Source: Pseudomonas aeruginosa
GTDB taxonomy: Bacteria > Pseudomonadota > Gammaproteobacteria > Pseudomonadales > Pseudomonadaceae
Reading direction: 5' to 3'
DNA: 32,000 nt
Assembly: GCF_001457615.1 (NCBI RefSeq)
Contig: NZ_LN831024.1
Span: 2,850,001 to 2,882,000, forward strand
Shown: positions 15,192 through 22,261 of the stretch, piece after piece
Position numbering within the stretch: the first letter of the stretch is position 1
Layout of the letters: every line of letters begins with the position of its first letter
Notes under the pieces: generated by a model
The model's database searches: none
Told to the model about the DNA's origin: nothing
What the model saw: only the letters and a program-made list of their open reading frames with translations
Position numbers and translations under genes: made by a program

Positions 15192-15350
15192 GTGCTGTAC
15201 GTTCCAGACCAGAATTTCAGCGCCATAATGGTGACTTGGTCAGAGTTCATAAAGGGGGATGGAGGAGGCTTATTTTGTGGTTATGAAGTGTCAAAAAATA
15301 GATATCCCATTACTCGTTTCCTTTTTATTTGAGATGGCGCTAAATTATTC

Positions 15351-15923
15351 TTAAGGTACTCTCTGTCTTGCTTCCGAAGCTCGAAATCTTGGCGTTAGCA
15401 CTACATTGCCTTGCGCATCAAAGAGTACCCCGTCTTTATGGTAATTGCCGTCGGCAAATTCTTTCGGTACCGACACCGATGAATTATAGTAATATACATC
15501 TATATTGGGGTAGCCCATGCTGTCTCGCATTTTGCTTTTGAATGAAGTAGCAAATTCCGAAAACTCACCCCCTGAGTTACATACGTAGAGCTTGACTCTT
15601 CTATGGTTTGCATTTAATCCTGCTACTTTCAGTCTTACTGACAGTTCCCCTGCCGTTAACGCCGGTATGAGCCCGTTCGCAGGAGGGGTGCTCAGGCTGA
15701 ATATGTAGTCTGAGATGCCTTCGTAACCATGAGCAATCACGTACAGCGTATCGTCATTGTTTATGATATTTAATGGCTTCATGTGCTTAGTGTTGTAAAA
15801 TAATAGCTTCGGTGGTTCTCTGCCGCGAGGATCCTTTGCCACTTGGGATGCCCAAAGCGTACCCATGGATAGTAGTTCGTTATTGCTTTCTTCGCTTGTG
15901 AATGGCACGAATAAATAGTTCAT
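15351..15923 (-). CDS. Low-GC orphan protein (190 aa, PA2372-like) with an ordered His/Cys motif pair; candidate clan-CD-like cysteine peptidase domain
   Basis: GAGGAG SD lies 7 nt upstream, and the start is 21 nt downstream of the clpV3 stop. There is no signal peptide. Motifs are LYVIAHGYEG (His65, codon 15729-15731) and VKLYVCNSGG (Cys115, codon 15579-15581). Codon usage is AT-rich, unlike the neighbours. Confidence 0.75.
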   Translation of the reverse strand: MNYLFVPFTSEESNNELLSMGTLWASQVAKDPRGREPPKLLFYNTKHMKPLNIINNDDTLYVIAHGYEGISDYIFSLSTPPANGLIPALTAGELSVRLKVAGLNANHRRVKLYVCNSGGEFSEFATSFKSKMRDSMGYPNIDVYYYNSSVSVPKEFADGNYHKDGVLFDAQGNVVLTPRFRASEARQRVP

Positions 15924-15944
15924 ATAGACTCCTCAAATAGGGTC

Positions 15945-18494
15945 CTACTCCAACACCCACTCCGCCAACTTCCCCGTCACCTGCGCCATCAGCACGTTCT
16001 CGATATCCCGCGCGCCCGCCGCGCTGCACTTGGCGAGCACGGCCTTGACGATGGCCGGGTCGAAGTCGAACTGTTTGCCGGTAGCGGCCTTGTAGCGTTC
16101 CCGCAGTTTTTCCAGCTTGGCCACGACGATGCCTTCCAGGGTGGCTTCCTCCAGCGGCCGGTAAGGCACCACGGTCATGCGCGCGAGGAACGCCGGGCGG
16201 AAGGTTTGCAGCAGGACTTTGCGCAGGCGCTCGTCGAAGGCCGGGGTGGCGACCTGTTCGGCCGGGCTGTCCAGCAGCAGTTCGGCGCCGACGTTGCTGG
16301 TGGCGAGGATCACGGTGTTCCTGAAGTCCACCACCAGGCCGGTGCCGTCTTCCATCACGCCCTTGTCGAACACGTTGTAGAAGGCTTCCAGCACGTCCGG
16401 ATGGGCTTTCTCGATCTCGTCCAGCAGCACCACCGAATAGGGCTTGCGGCGCACCGCTTCGGTGAGCACGCCACCGCTGCCGTAGCCGACGTAGCCGGGC
16501 GGGGCGCCCTTGAGCTGGCTGACGGTGTGGGCCTCCTGGTACTCGGAGAGGTTGATGCTGATCAGGTTGCGTTCGCCGCCGTAAAGGGCGTCGGCCAGGG
16601 CGTAGGCGGTCTCGGTCTTGCCCACGCCGGTGGGGCCGGGCAGGAGGAATACGCCGACCGGCTTGGCCGGGTCGCTGAGTCCGGCGCGATAGGCCTGGAT
16701 GCGCTGGGCGATGGCGCCCAGGGCGGCCTCCTGGCCCATCACCCGCTGGCCCATTCGTTGCGCCAGGGAACGGATGGCGTGGGCTTCGTCGGCGAGCATC
16801 TTGCCCACCGGGATGCCGGTCCAGCCGGCGATCACCGCGGCCACGGTACGCGAGTCCACCTGCTCGGGAACCAGCGGGTCGTCCTGGCGGATGGCTTCGA
16901 GGCCGGCCGCCAGGCGCGCCAGTTCGGCGGCCAGGTGGTCGATGCGACCGTCCAGTTCCTCGTCGGGCTTGGCCGCGTCGGCGCTTTCGCTGAGGGCCAG
17001 CAGTTCGCGGCGGATGTCGAGCAGTTCGCGCACCGCTTCGCGTTCCTCGTCCCAGCGGGTCTCCAGCTCGCGGATGGTCCGGCGGTTATCGCCCGACTCG
17101 CTTTCCAGGGCGGTGATACGCGCGCTGTGGTCGAGGCCGGTGGCCTGTTCCCGGCGCAGCCGCTGCAATTCCTCTTCCAGCGCCTGCTCGCGATGGCGCA
17201 GGCTTTCCAGCGGCGGCGGCACGTCGTGCTGGCCGAGGGCGACCCGCGCGCAGGCGGTGTCGAGCACGCTGATCGCCTTGTCCGGCAACTGGCGGCCGGA
17301 GATGTAGCGATGCGACAGCTTCACCGCATCGACGATGGCCGCGTCCATGATCTGCACGCCGTGATGCAGTTCCAGCTTGCCGGCGACGCCGCGCAGCATC
17401 TCCACGGCGGTGGCCTCGTCCGGCTCCTCGACCTGGACCAGCTGGAAGCGCCGGGTCAGCGCCGGGTCCTTCTCGAAGTATTTCTTGTATTCCAGCCAGG
17501 TGGTGGCCGCCAGGGTGCGCAACTCGCCGCGCGCCAGGGCCGGCTTGAGCAGGTTGGCGGCGTCGCTGCCGCCTTCCGCGCCGCCGGCGCCGATCAGCGT
17601 GTGCGCCTCGTCGATGAACAGGATGATCGGCTGCGCGCTGTTGCGCACGGCGTCGATCACGCCCTTGAGGCGCTGCTCGAACTCGCCCTTCATGCTGGCG
17701 CCGGCCTGCAACAGGCCGAGGTCGAGCACCCGCAGGATCACCTCCTGCAACGACGGCGGCACCTCGCCGGCGGCGATGCGCAGGGCCAGGCCCTCGACCA
17801 CCGCGGTCTTGCCGACGCCCGGCGCGCCGACCAGGATCGGGTTGTTCTGCCGCCGGCGCAGGAGGATGTCGACGCACTGGCGGATCTCCCCGTCGCGCCC
17901 GACTATGGGGTCGATGCGCCCGGCGCGGGCTTCGGCGGTGAGGTCCTGGGTGTACTGGTCGAGCAGCGGGTCCGGGGCGCTTTCCGGCTTGTCGCCGCCT
18001 GCCGCCGGGCGGTTCGGCGCGGGCGGCTGTTCGCGGGAGGCCTGGATCCACTCCAGCAGGTTGGCCTGCAAGGCCTCGTGGGGAATCCGCAGCAGCGACG
18101 ACGCGCTGTTCAGCAACAGGGCGCGGCGCTCCTCGCGGTCGAGCAGGGCGAGCAGCAGCAGGCCGGAACGGATCTGCGCCTGGCCGAGCACGCTGGCGTG
18201 GACCACGGCGTCCTCGAGCAGGCCGATGGTGTGCGCGGACAGCGCCGGAGTGCGGGTATTGCCGGCCTTGAACAGCTCCAGCGACAGGTTGATCTCGGCG
18301 ACCAGGGCGTCGCGCTCCAGGCCGAAGCGCGGCAGCAGGCAGGCGAAGTCGCCGCCGTCGATGTCCAGCAGCTCCAGCAGCAGGTGCTCGATCTCTACGT
18401 AATGATGGGTGCGTTGCAGGCAGCGTTGCGCGGCGCGCTCCAGGGAGCGGCGACAGTCCGGGTTGAGGCGGCCGATCAGGGCGGCGAGTTCCAT
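15945..18494 (-). CDS. clpV3: ClpV AAA+ ATPase (TssH), 849 aa
   Basis: There are two AAA+ modules with Walker A motifs GAPGVGKTAVVEGLA and GPTGVGKTETAYALA. The N-domain and overall ClpB-like architecture are present. It starts 1 nt after the tssG3 stop. Confidence 0.97.
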   Translation of the reverse strand: MELAALIGRLNPDCRRSLERAAQRCLQRTHHYVEIEHLLLELLDIDGGDFACLLPRFGLERDALVAEINLSLELFKAGNTRTPALSAHTIGLLEDAVVHASVLGQAQIRSGLLLLALLDREERRALLLNSASSLLRIPHEALQANLLEWIQASREQPPAPNRPAAGGDKPESAPDPLLDQYTQDLTAEARAGRIDPIVGRDGEIRQCVDILLRRRQNNPILVGAPGVGKTAVVEGLALRIAAGEVPPSLQEVILRVLDLGLLQAGASMKGEFEQRLKGVIDAVRNSAQPIILFIDEAHTLIGAGGAEGGSDAANLLKPALARGELRTLAATTWLEYKKYFEKDPALTRRFQLVQVEEPDEATAVEMLRGVAGKLELHHGVQIMDAAIVDAVKLSHRYISGRQLPDKAISVLDTACARVALGQHDVPPPLESLRHREQALEEELQRLRREQATGLDHSARITALESESGDNRRTIRELETRWDEEREAVRELLDIRRELLALSESADAAKPDEELDGRIDHLAAELARLAAGLEAIRQDDPLVPEQVDSRTVAAVIAGWTGIPVGKMLADEAHAIRSLAQRMGQRVMGQEAALGAIAQRIQAYRAGLSDPAKPVGVFLLPGPTGVGKTETAYALADALYGGERNLISINLSEYQEAHTVSQLKGAPPGYVGYGSGGVLTEAVRRKPYSVVLLDEIEKAHPDVLEAFYNVFDKGVMEDGTGLVVDFRNTVILATSNVGAELLLDSPAEQVATPAFDERLRKVLLQTFRPAFLARMTVVPYRPLEEATLEGIVVAKLEKLRERYKAATGKQFDFDPAIVKAVLAKCSAAGARDIENVLMAQVTGKLAEWVLE

Positions 18495-18495
18495 T

Positions 18496-19512
18496 TCAGG
18501 CTACCTCCGGCTGCCGCAGGTCAAGATCGATGCGCTGCCGCTGGCCGTCTTCGACGCGCCGCAGGCCGGTGTTCCAGCTCAGCCTGGGCGGTGCACCGCG
18601 CTCCAGGCGCAGCGGCGCGCCGCCGCTCACCAGCAGGCTCAGGCGACAATCCAGGTCGGGGCCGAAGTACAGCGCGGCGAGGCTGGCCAACTGGCCATGG
18701 GCGTCGCCGTCGGGGAAGAAGCGGGCGGCTTCGCGGGCATCCAGCGGACCGAGACTGAGGGCGATGCCGGCGTGCTCGTCCCAGGTGCGCGTGCCGGCTA
18801 TGGCGTCGCGACCCAGGCGCAGGTTGCGTCCGCCGCGTTGCAGCCGGCTGCGGCTGGCCGCGGGGATTTCCTTCCAGGCGCCCTGGTAGGCGTCCAGCCG
18901 TGCCTCCACGCCGAAGTGCTGGCGCACCAGGCCGGCGAAGCCGGCCAGGGAGCGACGCCCGCCGGCGAACAGCGCGGTGCGTGCCAGCACCGCGCTGTCC
19001 GGCAGCGCCAGGCGCTCTTGCAGGGCTTTCGGCAACAGGCCGCTGAGGGCGCGTAGCTGCGCCTGCACCGGGGTCGCCGCCGGCACCGCGAAACCGAGCG
19101 CCACGCGATGCTTGCGCAGTACCCGGTAGAGCAGGCTGAGCAGGCGGTGCTGGAACAGGTCGAGGAACTCGGCGGGGGCATGGTCCTTCTGCCGGGCACG
19201 CTGTTGCAGCCATTCCTGGTAGGCATAGGGCAACGGGCCGTCGGGGCCGCCGAGGCCGAACACCGGGGTGGACAGCACCGGTTGCTGCGGGTCGTCGAGC
19301 AGGCTTTCCACCTCGCTCGAGGCGAACAGCGGCAACAGCGGCCCGCGCAGGCGCAGGGCCTCCGCCCGCGGCGCGTTGCCGGTGCCCAGCGGCAACGCCT
19401 GGGGACGCTCGCGTTCGAGCAGCAGCAGCGCCTGCAACAGTTCGAAGCGCTGCGGCGTGCGGCGCAGCCGCTGACTCAGAGGGAGAGCGGCGAGCCGGCC
19501 TGGGGTTGCCAT
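18496..19512 (-). CDS. tssG3: T6SS baseplate protein TssG (338 aa)
   Basis: The ATG at 19512 is preceded by AAGGAGG at 6-nt spacing. The N-terminus MATPGRLAALPLSQRLRRTPQRFELLQALLLLE fits TssG. The longer 504-aa track ORF would overlap tssF3 by about 500 nt and is Arg/Pro-rich. Confidence 0.85.
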   Translation of the reverse strand: MATPGRLAALPLSQRLRRTPQRFELLQALLLLERERPQALPLGTGNAPRAEALRLRGPLLPLFASSEVESLLDDPQQPVLSTPVFGLGGPDGPLPYAYQEWLQQRARQKDHAPAEFLDLFQHRLLSLLYRVLRKHRVALGFAVPAATPVQAQLRALSGLLPKALQERLALPDSAVLARTALFAGGRRSLAGFAGLVRQHFGVEARLDAYQGAWKEIPAASRSRLQRGGRNLRLGRDAIAGTRTWDEHAGIALSLGPLDAREAARFFPDGDAHGQLASLAALYFGPDLDCRLSLLVSGGAPLRLERGAPPRLSWNTGLRRVEDGQRQRIDLDLRQPEVA

Positions 19513-21269
19513 GTCTTCACCTCCTTGTCGGCTTCCACCAGGACCGTGCGCACGAAGCGGTTGGCGGTGGCATACAGCGAGAAGAACTGCGCCAGCACGG
19601 CGGAGAACAGCACGCCGCTGGCGCCGACGAAGTGCTGCGGATCGAGTCGCAGGCGGATTTCCAGGCCATTGCGCCAGCCGCGCCAGGCATCCTCGCCGAC
19701 GTGCGCCACCACCCGCTGGCAGTCGAGTTGCCTCAGCCCTTCTATCTGCCGGCGGGCGCTGGCGTCGTCGCGCAGGTTGTGCAGGGCGAGGATTTCCCGC
19801 AGGGCTTCGAGGGCGCGCGGGCCTTCCACCAGCGAGAGGTGGTTGAGGGTCAGCTGCGAGACCAGTCTCCAGCGCGACTGGCCGTCCAGGCGCGGCTGGC
19901 TCTGCGCGCTGGGCGCGTTGCGCAGGCGTGCGGCGGCGACCGGCCCGGGCCGTTCGAAGCCCAGCGCGGTGCCGGCACCCAGGCGCTCGGCCAGATAGCG
20001 ATTGGTGCATAGCAGCTCGGCGGTCAGGCTGAAGGCCGGGGCTTCGCGTAACGGGTCGAAGCCGGTATCCACCAGGCTCAGCAGCAGGTCGCTGCCCAGC
20101 CGGTTCGGGGTCAGCCCGGCGATGCGCCGGGCGTGCCAGTAGAGCGTGCCGAGGTGGCTGTCGTGGCGGCAGCCATAGTAGGCCGGGACTGGCTGCACGG
20201 TGCTCCCGGCAACCGAGCGCACGGCGCGGATGCTATGGATTTCCACGCTGTTCTCGCGGTGACTGTCGGCGACCAGGCGGTACTCGCTGCGGGTGCCGTC
20301 CGGGCGCAGCGGCTCCGAGGTCCGCGGAAAGAGGTTGATCGCCGGCGCGCAGCCGAGCTGGAAGTCTTCCGCCTGCAAATGCAGGCGTGCCGTCGGTGCG
20401 CGATCGAAGACCAGGTACAGGTAGAGCGTCTGTCCGTCGGCGAGCGCGCCGGACAGTGGCAGGTCGAAGAAGTGGAACTTGTCGGGGAAGGCGAAGTACT
20501 CGGCGAGCAGGCGCAGGCCCGGATGTCCGCCGTCTTCCTCCGGCAGCAGCGCCTCGTCGGCGGCGAAGCCGACGATCTCCGGCAGTCCGCGGAGCGCCGC
20601 CGGCGGCGTGCCGGGCGCCCCCGCCATGACCTGCACGGTATGCGCGGCGAGCAGGTCGTAGAGGATCGCGCAGCCCATCGGCGAAGCCGCCAGGTGGATG
20701 CGCAGGCGCTCGATCGACAGTTCGTCCCAGCGGTACTCGCCCAGGCAGCGCAGGCTCAGGCGCAACGCCGAGCGGGCGGCGACGACTCCGGTCAGGGCTT
20801 GCGCCTCCTCGCCGCCGAGGAGGTTCGCCTCGTCGATCGCCAGCGGCCACAGGGTCGCCTCGGCGCTGCTGCGGAAATGCACGCTGTCGCCGCCACGGGT
20901 GGTGACGAACAGCGCGGTGTCGCGCGGCAGCCGGTAGCCCTCGGCGAGGCTGCCCTGGGTCGGGTCCGGTTCGAACTGGACGATCGCGCAGGACGGCAGC
21001 GGGCGCAGCGCCAGGGGGTAGAGCTGTTCGAGGAGGGCGTCGCTGAACTCTGCGTAGTCGTCGTCGAGGCGCCGTTGCAGGCGCGCGGTGAGCAGCGAGA
21101 AGCCTTCCAGCAGACGCTCGACGTGCGGGTCGGGGCATTCGCCGGGGGCCAGTTGCAGGCGCCGGGCGACCTTCGGATAGCGCTCGGCGAAGGCGCCGCC
21201 GGCATGCCGCAGCCAGGTCAGCTCGCGCTGGTAGTAGTCGAGCAGGTCGGCATCAATCGAATCGCTCAT
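19476..21269 (-). CDS. tssF3: T6SS baseplate protein TssF (about 597 aa)
   Basis: The sequence MSDSIDADLLDYYQRELTWLRHAGGAFAERYPKVARRL is a typical TssF N-terminus. The ATG at 21269 has GAGG 6 nt upstream. An alternative ATG at 21287 would add 6 aa. Confidence 0.9.
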   Translation of the reverse strand: MSDSIDADLLDYYQRELTWLRHAGGAFAERYPKVARRLQLAPGECPDPHVERLLEGFSLLTARLQRRLDDDYAEFSDALLEQLYPLALRPLPSCAIVQFEPDPTQGSLAEGYRLPRDTALFVTTRGGDSVHFRSSAEATLWPLAIDEANLLGGEEAQALTGVVAARSALRLSLRCLGEYRWDELSIERLRIHLAASPMGCAILYDLLAAHTVQVMAGAPGTPPAALRGLPEIVGFAADEALLPEEDGGHPGLRLLAEYFAFPDKFHFFDLPLSGALADGQTLYLYLVFDRAPTARLHLQAEDFQLGCAPAINLFPRTSEPLRPDGTRSEYRLVADSHRENSVEIHSIRAVRSVAGSTVQPVPAYYGCRHDSHLGTLYWHARRIAGLTPNRLGSDLLLSLVDTGFDPLREAPAFSLTAELLCTNRYLAERLGAGTALGFERPGPVAAARLRNAPSAQSQPRLDGQSRWRLVSQLTLNHLSLVEGPRALEALREILALHNLRDDASARRQIEGLRQLDCQRVVAHVGEDAWRGWRNGLEIRLRLDPQHFVGASGVLFSAVLAQFFSLYATANRFVRTVLVEADKEVKTWQPQAGSPLSL

Positions 21270-21678
21270 GGCGCACCTCGAGGCCATCGCTGCCCTGTTC
21301 GATGACGAATAGCGCAGGCATCAGGCGCGACCCGCTGCGCAGGCGGCCACCGAGCTGGATACGCAGGCGCTGCGGATTGCCCGGGTCAGGTTCGACCTCG
21401 ACCTCGGCCAGTTGCAGGCGCGGCTCGAAATGCTCGACCGCCGCCCGCACCTCGCGCGCCAGCTGGCGCCGGTCCTCGGCGCGCAGGCGTTGCACGGCGG
21501 TCCAGTCGGCGAGCCCGTAGGCGAGGATGCCGCTGCGCGCATTCGCCGGGCGCCGTGTGTTGAGCAGGCGCAGCAGCTCGCCGCGGACCGACTCGGCCAG
21601 CGCCCGGTCGTCGAACGCGGGACGTTCGTCGGCCTCGGCGCTGAGGCGCTCGAACAGCGGCGGCAGGGCTCCGGACAT
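21253..21678 (-). CDS. tssE3: T6SS baseplate protein TssE (gp25-like lysozyme-fold protein), 141 aa
   Basis: PLFERLS...ESVRGELLRLLNTRRP...YGLADW... is a gp25/GPW family pattern. It sits between hcp and tssF. Confidence 0.9.
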   Translation of the reverse strand: MSGALPPLFERLSAEADERPAFDDRALAESVRGELLRLLNTRRPANARSGILAYGLADWTAVQRLRAEDRRQLAREVRAAVEHFEPRLQLAEVEVEPDPGNPQRLRIQLGGRLRSGSRLMPALFVIEQGSDGLEVRHERFD

Positions 21679-21690
21679 GTCGGCGCCCGG

Positions 21691-22188
21691 TCACTTGACC
21701 AGCTGGTTGGCGGCCAGGTCCCAGGTCGAGGCGGCCGTGCCTTCCTTGGTGCCGTCGTCCTTCTGCGCGGTCAGCTCCCACTTGATCTTGGTGAAGTTCA
21801 GCGACAGGGTCTCCACCGGCTTGCCGCCGGCGCCGCCGCTGACGCTGACGTTGGAGAGCACCACGTTGTTCAGGGTGTAGACGATGAAGGGCATGATCTG
21901 CCCGTTGCCCTCGGCGGCGTTGCGGCCGATGGTGATGGTCGCCTCGGCGATCGGCTTGCCGGCGCAGCAATACTCGTTGAGGGTCGGGGTCGAGGTGTCG
22001 ATGAACTTGGTGAGGGTGAATTCGCCGACGTGGGGTTTGCCGGAGGTGCGCTCCGAGTTGCTGACGTCGTTGGTGACCTGCATCGCCACGTTGTGGCTGT
22101 AGGACATGATTTCGATCTTGTTTTCGTAGCCGACGAGCAGGCTGTCGCCTTTGATGTCGCTGCCGAAATCGAGAATGATCGCATCCAT
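21691..22188 (-). CDS. hcp3: Hcp tube protein, 165 aa
   Basis: MDAIILDFGSDIKGDS...IEIMSYSHNV...GEFTLTKFIDTSTPTL...LNFTKIKWEL is Hcp-family sequence. Confidence 0.95.
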   Translation of the reverse strand: MDAIILDFGSDIKGDSLLVGYENKIEIMSYSHNVAMQVTNDVSNSERTSGKPHVGEFTLTKFIDTSTPTLNEYCCAGKPIAEATITIGRNAAEGNGQIMPFIVYTLNNVVLSNVSVSGGAGGKPVETLSLNFTKIKWELTAQKDDGTKEGTAASTWDLAANQLVK

Positions 22189-22230
22189 CGCATCTGACTC
22201 CTGGAGAGGGGCTGTCTGGAACGGGAAGGG

Positions 22231-22258
22231 CGCCCCGCCGGCGCTGCCGGCGGGGGCG
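22231..22258 (-). other. GC-rich intra-operon hairpin between tssC3 and hcp3
   Basis: CCCCGCCGGC (22233-22242), loop GCT, GCCGGCGGGG (22246-22255). Two more pairs form after a 1-nt bulge. No U-tract follows in the direction of transcription. Confidence 0.4.
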
Positions 22259-22261
22259 GAC

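Noticed and set aside
15098-15286. A plus-strand 62-aa ORF in the low-GC island, and a strong GGAGGAGG (15261-15268) on the plus strand.
   Set aside because: The ORF is antisense to the operon direction and has no SD of its own. The GGAGGAGG is followed only by a 6-codon ORF (ATG at 15284), so it is probably fortuitous.
15289-15294. A perfect TTGACA -35 hexamer on the minus strand upstream of the small ORFs and vgrG3, as a possible internal promoter.
   Set aside because: No acceptable -10 hexamer lies at 16-18 bp spacing. The best candidates are TAAGCC and AAGCCT.
19513-20010. A 166-codon N-terminal extension of tssG3 (track ORF 18496..20010).
   Set aside because: It would overlap about 500 nt of tssF3 and encodes Arg/Pro/Ala-rich sequence. 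The internal ATG at 19512 has a strong AAGGAGG and yields a normal-length TssG.
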